From Candidatus Saccharimonadota bacterium (GTDB lineage Bacteria > Patescibacteriota > Saccharimonadia > Saccharimonadales > Saccharimonadaceae), in NCBI GenBank assembly GCA_025349965.1, contig CP075337.1, positions 748,699 through 780,698 of the forward strand: a stretch of DNA of 32,000 nt, in the 5' to 3' direction. Positions within the stretch are counted from its first letter, which is position 1, and each line of letters begins with the position of its first letter. A program made the position numbers and the translations under genes. Under the pieces are notes generated by a model that was not told the origin of the DNA, ran no database searches, and saw only the letters and a program-made list of their open reading frames with translations. Below are positions 1 to 7,876 of the stretch, piece by piece.

Positions 1-1066
1 TGAACCCAAGATTCTTAGCATTGCCACTCATCGCAGGAAAGATGTAGCCTGATGCACTAACACTCATGTAATATGCGTTGGTGGATGAGTACTGACTGGA
101 GGACCACAGTGTCGCACTAGTCCCAGGAACATTAAAGCCATAGTTGGTCACATTAGCACCAAACTGAATAAAAAATATTGACTTTAACATATTAACCCCG
201 GCCACACCACTTCCAGCGCCCAGTGCAGCAATAAGCTGAGTAAACTCACCTGCTCCATCCCCTGTAGGAAGTCGCCAGCCAGCAGGACAAATAGAGACGT
301 TCGTATTGGGAGCTGGAGTTGTTGCTTCTGCGCATGCGGCAGTGCTGGGTTGTCCATTAGTGCCGTTTTGAGCTCCCATTGCTGCGCACCAATTGTAATA
401 ATATCCATACTGAGGACTTGTCACCCCTCCGTCTGTAGACACCGACGGTTTAGTCGGAGTTGTTGTCGGGTTAGAGTTGCTATGAATAAAGTACTGAGGA
501 GCAGTTACACTAACACCACCACCAAGAGTTCCTTTTGCTATAGTCTTAACATCCCCATACGCATTGCTCCCCCCTCCGGCATAGGCGAGATTAGTAAGCA
601 TCCAACAGTTACCGTCTACAAGCTTTTGCACCCAGTATGTATGGTTATTCCTAGCATCCACAGCCACCGTCTTGACAACTGGACAGCCAGCTGTAGTTAT
701 CGTTTGGATATATGGAGCGGGGCACTCACCGTCTGCAACATCCCCTTCTTCGGTAGTATGAAAAGCCCTTCCAGTAGAGTCATCGCCTGTAATTGAAAGG
801 CAAAAAGTAGATCCCGTCATCTTAACATACGTTAGTACGTTCCCATTACTTTCCACCTTGATACTATCGGTCATCGTAGCAGGAAGGTCTTTATTCTTTG
901 CTTGATACAATAACAAGTTGTCTGCCGTATTCTTCAAATCTGAACGCATGGATGATTCGGCCGCACTACTAGTGACACCCCTGTATGCCACAACAACAAT
1001 GGCAGCAAGGATAGCAATAATAACCACGACAATTAGGAGCTCTACAATAGTAAATGCGCGCTTCAT
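1..1066 (-). CDS. Type IV pilin-like protein (prepilin-type N-terminal helix) fused to a FISUMP-type domain (Fibrobacter succinogenes major paralogous domain, TIGR02145-like); 3' end runs off the window
   Basis: Absent from the ORF track because no stop lies in the window. Manual translation from ATG 1066 stays open to position 2 (355 codons). N-terminus MKRAFTIVELLIVVVIIAILAAIVVVAY is a class III signal peptide plus pilin helix. Downstream, NCWMLTNL ... YYYNWCAAMG ... ICPAGWRLPTGDGAGEFTQL ... LWSSSQY ... KNLGF fits the FISUMP signature. Confidence 0.8.
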   Translation of the reverse strand, partial: MKRAFTIVELLIVVVIIAILAAIVVVAYRGVTSSAAESSMRSDLKNTADNLLLYQAKNKDLPATMTDSIKVESNGNVLTYVKMTGSTFCLSITGDDSTGRAFHTTEEGDVADGECPAPYIQTITTAGCPVVKTVAVDARNNHTYWVQKLVDGNCWMLTNLAYAGGGSNAYGDVKTIAKGTLGGGVSVTAPQYFIHSNSNPTTTPTKPSVSTDGGVTSPQYGYYYNWCAAMGAQNGTNGQPSTAACAEATTPAPNTNVSICPAGWRLPTGDGAGEFTQLIAALGAGSGVAGVNMLKSIFFIQFGANVTNYGFNVPGTSATLWSSSQYSSTNAYYMSVSASGYIFPAMSGNAKNLGF

Positions 1067-1204
1067 GTTGAGTTTAGTATAGCATAAGCACAATAAGCTA
1101 CTGCACTGTTTAGCACCTCGCCCCAGCCTCTTTACTTTTCCTCAATTTTCCGCTATAATTACCCCTTGATTAGTGCTATAAATCTTAAGAGGTAAAGGAA
1201 CTTC

Positions 1205-1579
1205 ATGCCAATCATCAAATCTGCTGTAAAGCGCGCAAAACAAACTATCGTACGCCGCGAGCGAAACATCGCTACTAAGAAGGCTGTTAAAGAAGCTACC
1301 AAGGCTTTCCTTGCAACTCCAAGCGCAGCAACTCTTTCTGCTGCACAGAGTGCAATTGACACTGCTGTAAAGAAAAACATTCTTGAAAAGAACACTGCTG
1401 CACGTCGCAAGGCACTTCTTTCTAAGAAGGCAAAGGAAGCTGGTGTTAAGCTTACTGCTAAGAAGGCAGCTCCAAAGGCTGCGGCTAAGCCTGCTACCAA
1501 AGTAGCTACAAAGCCAGCTGCAAAGAAGGCTCCAGCAACTAAGAAGCCTGCTGCAAAAAAGACTCCGGCCAAGAAGTAG
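1205..1579 (+). CDS. rpsT: 30S ribosomal protein S20 with a Lys/Ala/Pro-rich C-terminal extension
   Basis: MPIIKSAVKRAKQTIVRRERNIATKKAVKEATKAF is a typical S20 N-terminus. RBS AAGAGGTAAAGGA and TATAAT lie upstream. At 124 aa it is longer than the usual roughly 87 aa. Confidence 0.9.
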   Translation: MPIIKSAVKRAKQTIVRRERNIATKKAVKEATKAFLATPSAATLSAAQSAIDTAVKKNILEKNTAARRKALLSKKAKEAGVKLTAKKAAPKAAAKPATKVATKPAAKKAPATKKPAAKKTPAKK

Positions 1580-1593
1580 TACATCTTTATACA

Positions 1594-1624
1594 AATACCC
1601 CGTCTGCGTGACGGGGTATTTTTT
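1594..1624. terminator. Bidirectional intrinsic terminator between convergent rpsT and holA
   Basis: Perfect 11-bp stem AATACCCCGTC / GACGGGGTATT with loop TGCGT, an A-run before and a T-run after. Confidence 0.8.
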
Positions 1625-1637
1625 ATATAGCACGATC

Positions 1638-2558
1638 TTAGAAATCTTTATGAGCGATGCGAACAAGGAGACGCTCAACGAGCACCCACGGCTCCGCCTT
1701 GGAAGACTTTAAGTCTACATCCGCCTGCGCGCAAAGCTCTACCATTGCCAATGCACCTGGCGTGCCAAGACTACTCTTAAAGCGACGGAGTTTTGAAATA
1801 ACAAAAGGATGAACGCCGAAATCCTTGGCTGGGTCAGCCCCCTCTGGTGCAAGCACTGTCGCAGCCAGCGAAAAAACCTGGCTCACAATGAGCGCCATAA
1901 GACGGTGCGGATCTTCAGACAGCGCAAGCGATTGCACCATTCGTGCCACCTCTTCTGCCCTGCCACCGAAAGCAGCCTCAAGAAGCTGAAAGGCGCTCTC
2001 TTCGGTTGATGGCACGATGGTTGCGTCAATAAGCACAGGTGTTATTTCAGTACCCTCTTCGAGGAGCGCCAAGACCGCTATTGCCTGCGAGAGACGCCAT
2101 TGATCAACACCAACTTTCGACACGAGATGCGCAGCCACGGGGCGTGAAAGCGTCAGACCTTGATCCGCCGCGTAATGCACCGCCCATGCCTGAACGCGCG
2201 CACCGTCTTTTTCTGTCCAGGCTGGAAATTCTTTAATGTCAGCGCCTACTTTGAGCGCTTTATAGGTAGAGGTGCGCTTATCAAGTGATGGCTCAATCAA
2301 TACAAGGTGAATCGTATCACTCACTCGTGAGAGCCACTCGGGTAATTTAGCCCAGACAGCAGAACTGGCAGAAAGTTGATCAATAATAACGAGCCGGTTT
2401 TCCGCGAAAAGACTCACACCCATGAGCAGGTCTGGGATGTGCGCAAGTGTGAGCGAGGCGCCGTCAACGCGCTCAACTCCAGCAGTATATGAATCACTCA
2501 GCTCCGCCAAAGCTTGGCGGACTTCAAAGTTATTCTCCCCTGTCAGTACTGTAATCAT
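1638..2558 (-). CDS. holA: DNA polymerase III subunit delta
   Basis: The 306-aa form starts MITVLTGENNFEVRQALAELS and has the delta-like pattern SLFAENRLVIID ... LVLIEPSLDKRTSTYKALK. The longer track start at 2618 would overlap mutM, so ATG 2558 is preferred. Confidence 0.7.
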   Translation of the reverse strand: MITVLTGENNFEVRQALAELSDSYTAGVERVDGASLTLAHIPDLLMGVSLFAENRLVIIDQLSASSAVWAKLPEWLSRVSDTIHLVLIEPSLDKRTSTYKALKVGADIKEFPAWTEKDGARVQAWAVHYAADQGLTLSRPVAAHLVSKVGVDQWRLSQAIAVLALLEEGTEITPVLIDATIVPSTEESAFQLLEAAFGGRAEEVARMVQSLALSEDPHRLMALIVSQVFSLAATVLAPEGADPAKDFGVHPFVISKLRRFKSSLGTPGALAMVELCAQADVDLKSSKAEPWVLVERLLVRIAHKDF

Positions 2559-2568
2559 ATCTGTTTTA

Positions 2569-3438
2569 TTATAACACTTGGCAGTGCGGGCAAATGTGGG
2601 TGCCGCGTCCAGCAACACGAATCTTCTCTATAATCGTTCCGCAGCGAGGGCATGGCAGCCCTTCGCGTCGAAAGGCACGCGCAAAGTCCATATAGCTCCC
2701 CTTCTTACCCTCGGCATTGACGTAGGTGTGATTTGAAGAACCACCCTTTTCAATTGCCAAGCTCATGACAGCACGGACTTCGTTATACAAGTCGGTAAAT
2801 TCCTGTTCGGTAATAGTTTCAACTTTACGCGTCGGATGCACCTTTGCGCCCCACAGTGCTTCATCGGCATAAATATTACCAATCCCCGCTACCACAGATT
2901 GGTCGAGCAACGCAGCTTTAATGCTCGTCTTTTTTCGTCGTGTAAATCGTTCTTTGAACGCTTCTTTTGTGAAAGACGCATCGAGCGGCTCGGGGCCTAC
3001 TTTTTGCATAAACGAAAGTGATGGAATTTCGGCAGTAGGAATAAGTTTCATCCAACCAAATTTGCGCTGGTCATTAAAATAAAGGGCCGCGCCATCTTTA
3101 AAAGACAAGGTCACACGAGTAGATTTATCTGGCAATGTATTAATAAGGCTATCGTTCGGGTGGCCTGCGCCAAATCGGTCATCTGGCGAGACAAAGACCA
3201 GCTGGCCTGTCATTTTTAAATGCACAATCAGCGAGTACCCGGTTGAGAGATCAATCATTAGTACCTTTGCACGGCGTCGCACGCCTGTAATTGTTGCACC
3301 TAGCAGAAAGTTTTTAACATCCACAGGTGCATTTGGAAATCCTTTTTCAGTGTCGTGCATTTCAGCAATAATAATACGGCCGATGACACGGTCAGCAAGA
3401 CCGAGGCGAACAGTTTCTACCTCAGGAAGTTCTGGCAT
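2569..3438 (-). CDS. mutM: Formamidopyrimidine-DNA glycosylase (Fpg/MutM)
   Basis: MPELPEVETVRLGL N-terminus with catalytic Pro2/Glu3. H2TH region is present. C-terminal zinc finger CPRCGTIIEKIRVAGRGTHICPHCQ. AGGAG RBS. Confidence 0.95.
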   Translation of the reverse strand: MPELPEVETVRLGLADRVIGRIIIAEMHDTEKGFPNAPVDVKNFLLGATITGVRRRAKVLMIDLSTGYSLIVHLKMTGQLVFVSPDDRFGAGHPNDSLINTLPDKSTRVTLSFKDGAALYFNDQRKFGWMKLIPTAEIPSLSFMQKVGPEPLDASFTKEAFKERFTRRKKTSIKAALLDQSVVAGIGNIYADEALWGAKVHPTRKVETITEQEFTDLYNEVRAVMSLAIEKGGSSNHTYVNAEGKKGSYMDFARAFRREGLPCPRCGTIIEKIRVAGRGTHICPHCQVL

Positions 3439-3447
3439 AGACCGCTC

Positions 3448-4047
3448 CTACAAAGAAACTTTAGAAATATAGTTTGGGGCGTTAGGAATTTGGCGAGTAA
3501 AGAGCTGTGAAAGCTGCTCGGTGCTTGCGCGAAGTGAGCCACGAGAACCACTACAGGTAGATGTCCATAACGTTTGTACAGGTTCGCCACCCCTCTTGAT
3601 GATGAACTGGGTAATACGGCCTGTTGCACAAATACCCCGCATATCATTTGCATCGCCCTCAAGCTGCTTTCCGCTGGTCAAATTAGCCTTATCAAGCGCA
3701 TGAACAAATTCAGTGTACGCAGAGACGTTATTTGAGAGAGATTCTTCGTCAATAACAGCATCAAGGTACCCCGTAAACGTCTTCACTTCGCGTGATGATG
3801 GCGAAACAACAATCTGGAACGAGCGGAAATTTTCATCTGCAACAATTGGTCCACGAACGTTCATCGTCACCGAGCTGCCAGCGTCCGTAGAAAGTAACGC
3901 TTCACGGGCAACATTTACTTCTGGTGTCTTTGGCGCCGAGCCAACAAAGAGAAGCCGCGCAAGACCAACAAGCCCTGCAATGGCAACAATAATAACTACG
4001 ATGGCTAAAATGGTTGGGAGAATGCGATTTTTGCTATATCGTGACAT
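3448..4047 (-). CDS. Hypothetical membrane-anchored protein (single N-terminal TM helix)
   Basis: 199-aa ORF tightly packed in the polA operon, with 9-nt gaps on both sides. TM segment ILPTILAIVVIIVAIAGLVGLARLLF. No recognisable family. Confidence 0.6.
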   Translation of the reverse strand: MSRYSKNRILPTILAIVVIIVAIAGLVGLARLLFVGSAPKTPEVNVAREALLSTDAGSSVTMNVRGPIVADENFRSFQIVVSPSSREVKTFTGYLDAVIDEESLSNNVSAYTEFVHALDKANLTSGKQLEGDANDMRGICATGRITQFIIKRGGEPVQTLWTSTCSGSRGSLRASTEQLSQLFTRQIPNAPNYISKVSL

Positions 4048-4056
4048 GGTTTAACT

Positions 4057-4662
4057 TTATACTGTTACTGTAGTTTCGTCAAGGATTGTATTGAGGTCGG
4101 CAAGGGCTTGCTGAGTGGTTTTAAATTGGACCGCCTGCATACCCACCGTGCGCGCACCTTCACAAAAACGCTCAACGTCATCAATCATCACGCACCCTTC
4201 TGGGGCTACATCGAGTTTTGCGGCGGCATACTGATAGATAGCAGCATCCGGCTTAATCACGCCTAAATCTCCAGATATAACAATTTCATCAAAAAGCTCA
4301 TCAAGTAATCCATCCGGGAGTCGCACTTCAATACGCTCTCTACTATTAATATTACTCAGGAGTCCCACTTTATATGTCTTTTTCAGTTCACGTATATATG
4401 AGACGAGCTCAGTATTAAGCACTTCACCAGCAGCAAACCCATCTAAAAGCTGCTGCGGAGAAATACCAAGAAGCTTCGCACGCTCCACAGTTGCCTCTTC
4501 CTCAGACACAATGCCCTTGTCGGCTGCATATGTGAGCGAAAGGAAGTTCTGCGCATCTTCTTCGGAAAGTCGCGCCGTCCATTGCTGGAGTGTATTGCCA
4601 AGCAGTACACCAAAACAATCAAAGATAACCGCCTTAATTTTCACGGCTATAATTCGCCCCAC
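4057..4662 (-). CDS. HAD-superfamily hydrolase (subfamily IA-like)
   Basis: Motif I IKAVIFDCFGVLL, motif III K (GVIKPD) and motif IV VMIDDV. The start is GTG: 4662 overlaps the polA stop by 16 nt, and the alternative GTG at 4644 gives VKIKAVIFD. Confidence 0.75.
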   Translation of the reverse strand: MGRIIAVKIKAVIFDCFGVLLGNTLQQWTARLSEEDAQNFLSLTYAADKGIVSEEEATVERAKLLGISPQQLLDGFAAGEVLNTELVSYIRELKKTYKVGLLSNINSRERIEVRLPDGLLDELFDEIVISGDLGVIKPDAAIYQYAAAKLDVAPEGCVMIDDVERFCEGARTVGMQAVQFKTTQQALADLNTILDETTVTV

Positions 4663-7199
4663 GTATCGCCAATACTAACGTCAACTTTTAGATTAATGGC
4701 GAGTTCTGGCGCAATGGCCTCCATGATTTTCTGGAGCATGCCAGCAACTTGCTCGGCGTTCTCTTTTGGACACTCTACGAGGATTGAGTCGTGAATCTGA
4801 AGAATCTGCTTTCCTAACCCGCCAAGCTCTTCATCAACTTGAAGCATGGCGCGCTTCATAAGGTCAGCTTCAGTGCCCTGAATTGGCATATTCGCCGCAG
4901 CGCGTTCCGCTCCAGCCCGTACCATGAAGTTGCTACTTTTAATGTCTGGCGTTGGGCGGCGGCGGCCGTAGAATGTTTCAACGTAGCCTTCAGTGCGAGC
5001 CTTTTCAAGTGTTGCATTGATAAAGTCGCGAATTGGCGCGCGGAGTTCAAAGTAATGATCAATGAATTCTTTGGCCTGTCCAAATGACATGCCGGTTGCT
5101 GCCGCCAAACCATGCGGACTCATGCCATACAGAACACCAAAGTTAATCACCTTCGCTGCGCGGCGCTGACCTTTTGTAATGTCATCCATCGGAATGCCAT
5201 ACACTTCACTGGCTGTCTTGGTGTGAATATCCGTATCAGCGTTGAAGTCGTTAATAAGTTTTTCATCATTAGCGAGAATTGCCGCAAGCCGAAGTTCAAA
5301 TTGCGAGTAGTCTGCACTAACAAGTACATTGCCCTTCTCTGCGATAAAGGCTTCGCGAATGCGACGGCCTTGCTCGGTACGAATTGGGATATTTTGCAGG
5401 TTTGGCTGCGTGCTACTTAGGCGTCCGGTTGCAGCAACATCCTGATTAAAGGTTGTATGAATACGATCGTTAGCATCCGCTAGTTTTGGCAGCGCATCAA
5501 CGTACGTGTTCTTTAACTTTGCGAGCTCACGCGTCCGCTCAATCAGCTCAATAATTGGATGGTGCCCACGAAGCTTATCAAGCTCAGCCTGTCCCGTACT
5601 ATAGCTGGTTTTTCCTTTTTTAATACCCTGAGTTGGAAGTTGTAATTTCGTAAATAACACCTCTGAAAGCTGGGCTGGACTACCAATGTTAAACTCGTAG
5701 CCCGCCATTGTATACATTTCTTGTTCAAGCTTAGCGTGCTCTGCACCCAGCTCTTCGCTGAGTTTCTTAAACTGAGCTGGGTCAACTTTTACCCCCTCTT
5801 TTTCAATTGCAAAAAGTGTGTACGTCAACGGGAAATCGTAGTCATGAGCAATCTGCGCAACCTTTGGAATACGCTCGAATTGCGCTACTTGTTGCTTATA
5901 CGTATCAGCAAGCCCGGCCATGATTTGAGCCGCGCCAGTCTCGTCTTCAGAAACACCCGCAAGCGCAGTTATTGAGCGGTCTCGTCCAAGTGGGTCAATA
6001 AGAAAGGCTGCTTGGCGAATATCATGAACGGTACTAAATCGCACCGCTACACCATACGTATCAAGTGCGTGATAGAGCGCCTTCACGTCATAGCTCACAA
6101 CCGTCGCCAACTCAAGCGTACGCCAAACACTTGAATCAATTTCTGAAACTGATTTTTTGTGCACAGTGACACCGTCTGTTGAAACCCATACCATGTCATC
6201 AAAGCGCTCAATATGGACTGGTCCGTCAATGAGTAATGGCGTTGGCCAGTCAGCCTCAATAAGTGCAGGTTGCATCTGGGCGGCAATTTCTTCCGTGTCA
6301 TTCGCTGCAAATTGCATATGCTTTGGCAGACGCTTTTCAAGTGAATGGAACTGCAGTCGCTTGAGAATTTCAGCCACTTTATGAAGGTCGGTGTCGTCAA
6401 CGCTCGCCACCGCCCAATCAAGTTCCAGAGGAATATCCGTCCAGATGCGTCCGACTTCTTTTGTCATGTAGGCAAGTTCTTTACCGGCCTCAAGCTTCTT
6501 TGAAACCGATGGCTTAATGTTGTCTATATTGGCGTAAATACCATCAAGCGTCTTAAATTCTTGTAGAAGTTGCGTAGCGGTTTTTGCGCCAACCCCCGGT
6601 ACGCCCGGAAGATTGTCGGACGAGTCGCCAATCAGTGATTTGTAATCCAAGAATTGTTCAACTTCAATGCCATACTTTGTTTCAAAGGCCGCTACGTCAA
6701 ATTCTTCAATATTAGAAAGGCCATTCTTAATTGCATACATTTTTGTCATTGGTGTAATGAGCTGAAGTGCATCGAGGTCACTGGTGAGAAGATAGGTCTC
6801 AACTCCCTTCTCTTCCGCTTGTTTCGCGAAGGCGCCAAGAATATCATCCGCCTCGTAATCATCAATTTCATAAAACGGCCAGCCAAACGCGTCTAACAAC
6901 TCTTTAAGAATGGGTACCTGCGCATAAAAGTCTGCTGGCGCTGGCTTACGGCCCGCTTTGTACTCTGGATAAATTTCGAGACGCTTGCGGATATTTGTCT
7001 TCGGCTTATCCCACGCCACTGCAACGTAGTCTGGCTCAATCTTTTTAATAAGCTCAATTGCAATAGAGGCGAAACCAAATACACCACCCGTAGGCGTGCC
7101 ATCCGGAAGCGAAAGCCCCGGCATGGCGTAATAGCCACGATAAAAAATAGACTTTCCGTCAATAACTGCAAGTTTCTTTGGGCGCGCTCCGTCTGTCAT
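4647..7199 (-). CDS. polA: DNA polymerase I
   Basis: 850 aa. 5'-nuclease domain (LAVIDGKSIFYRGYYA, GDSSDNLPGVPGVGAKTA). Pol motif A VSADYSQFELRLAA, motif B RRAAKVINFGVLYGMS, motif C QIHDSILVE. Confidence 0.95.
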   Translation of the reverse strand: MTDGARPKKLAVIDGKSIFYRGYYAMPGLSLPDGTPTGGVFGFASIAIELIKKIEPDYVAVAWDKPKTNIRKRLEIYPEYKAGRKPAPADFYAQVPILKELLDAFGWPFYEIDDYEADDILGAFAKQAEEKGVETYLLTSDLDALQLITPMTKMYAIKNGLSNIEEFDVAAFETKYGIEVEQFLDYKSLIGDSSDNLPGVPGVGAKTATQLLQEFKTLDGIYANIDNIKPSVSKKLEAGKELAYMTKEVGRIWTDIPLELDWAVASVDDTDLHKVAEILKRLQFHSLEKRLPKHMQFAANDTEEIAAQMQPALIEADWPTPLLIDGPVHIERFDDMVWVSTDGVTVHKKSVSEIDSSVWRTLELATVVSYDVKALYHALDTYGVAVRFSTVHDIRQAAFLIDPLGRDRSITALAGVSEDETGAAQIMAGLADTYKQQVAQFERIPKVAQIAHDYDFPLTYTLFAIEKEGVKVDPAQFKKLSEELGAEHAKLEQEMYTMAGYEFNIGSPAQLSEVLFTKLQLPTQGIKKGKTSYSTGQAELDKLRGHHPIIELIERTRELAKLKNTYVDALPKLADANDRIHTTFNQDVAATGRLSSTQPNLQNIPIRTEQGRRIREAFIAEKGNVLVSADYSQFELRLAAILANDEKLINDFNADTDIHTKTASEVYGIPMDDITKGQRRAAKVINFGVLYGMSPHGLAAATGMSFGQAKEFIDHYFELRAPIRDFINATLEKARTEGYVETFYGRRRPTPDIKSSNFMVRAGAERAAANMPIQGTEADLMKRAMLQVDEELGGLGKQILQIHDSILVECPKENAEQVAGMLQKIMEAIAPELAINLKVDVSIGDTWGEL

Positions 7200-7205
7200 A
7201 TCTCT

Positions 7206-7300
7206 AGTATACTACGTGTAGCTTGGGTGCATTCTCGGAATAACACAAGCAAGCTTGGTTCTTCGCTCAAATGCTACAAGTATACGCTATCTGTTACAAT
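7206..7300. promoter_or_regulatory. Divergent promoter region with two -10 boxes placed for leaderless transcripts (polA operon and kinase gene)
   Basis: Minus strand: TATACT (7206-7211), then 6 nt, then ATG 7199. Plus strand: TACAAT (7295-7300), then 6 nt, then ATG 7307. Confidence 0.5.
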
Positions 7301-7306
7301 GAGGGT

Positions 7307-7876
7307 ATGACAGTACAAAAACACACACAAATTCTGGCTTTTGTAGGCCTGCCGGGCTCGGGAAAATCTACTGCCGTTGAATACTTTACAAAAAATGGCT
7401 ACCCAAAGGTATATTTCGGTGGCGTCGTTCTTGAAGCCATGCGCGATGAAGGCGTTGAAATTACTCCAGAAAACGAGCGGATCTTCCGAGAAAGAATGCG
7501 CGAAGAGCACGGAAAAGACGTTATTGTAAACCGAATCGTTGAGCAAATCCAGCGGCTCATTGACGCCGGTCAACGTCGCATTATCGCCGATGGTCTTTAC
7601 ACCTGGACAGAGTACAAGATTCTTAAAAAAGCCTTTCCGGGCGAGCTTACTGTTGTAGCCATTGTTGCTCCGCGCCGCACTCGCTACCGCCGTCTCGCAG
7701 AGCGTCCAATCCGCCCTCTTACTGCGACCGAAGCATATGATCGTGATACTTCTGAAATTGAAAACCTTGAAAAAGGTGGCCCGATTGCGATTGCCGACTA
7801 TTATGTTGGAAATAAAGAGTCTGTGGAAGAGTTGTATGAGGCGCTTGGTGGGCTACAAGAAGAACTTGGATTTTAA
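7307..7876 (+). CDS. P-loop nucleotide kinase-like protein (UPF0200 / dephospho-CoA-kinase-like AAA family)
   Basis: Walker A GLPGSGKST. Pattern PENERIFRERMREEHG ... IADGLYTWTEY ... RYRRLAERPIRP ... RDTSEIENLEKGGPIAIADYYVGN resembles archaeal/bacterial UPF0200 kinases. ATG 7307 is preferred over 7271 because of the -10 box position. Confidence 0.65.
   Translation: MTVQKHTQILAFVGLPGSGKSTAVEYFTKNGYPKVYFGGVVLEAMRDEGVEITPENERIFRERMREEHGKDVIVNRIVEQIQRLIDAGQRRIIADGLYTWTEYKILKKAFPGELTVVAIVAPRRTRYRRLAERPIRPLTATEAYDRDTSEIENLEKGGPIAIADYYVGNKESVEELYEALGGLQEELGF

Noticed and set aside
184-796. Track ORFs 184..408 (-) and 350..796 (+)
   Set aside because: Both lie inside the long open frame of the pilin-FISUMP gene, in another frame or antisense. 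Their Cys/Ser/Leu-rich sequences match no family, whereas the frame starting at 1066 has clear pilin and FISUMP signatures.
1142-1678. 178-aa and 141-aa minus-strand ORFs overlapping rpsT
   Set aside because: These are antisense shadows created by the GCn/AAG-rich S20 tail. The products are low-complexity Leu/Ser/Phe/Ala sequences, and one runs through the bidirectional terminator.
2559-2618. Longer holA start at 2618, and likewise longer starts at 7271, 13710, 13688 (TTG), 10833 (GTG) and 30577 (GTG)
   Set aside because: These extensions overlap neighbouring genes or terminators, or add non-conserved residues. The downstream ATGs give canonical N-termini and sit at the recurrent 6-9 nt distance from a -10 box or behind an RBS.
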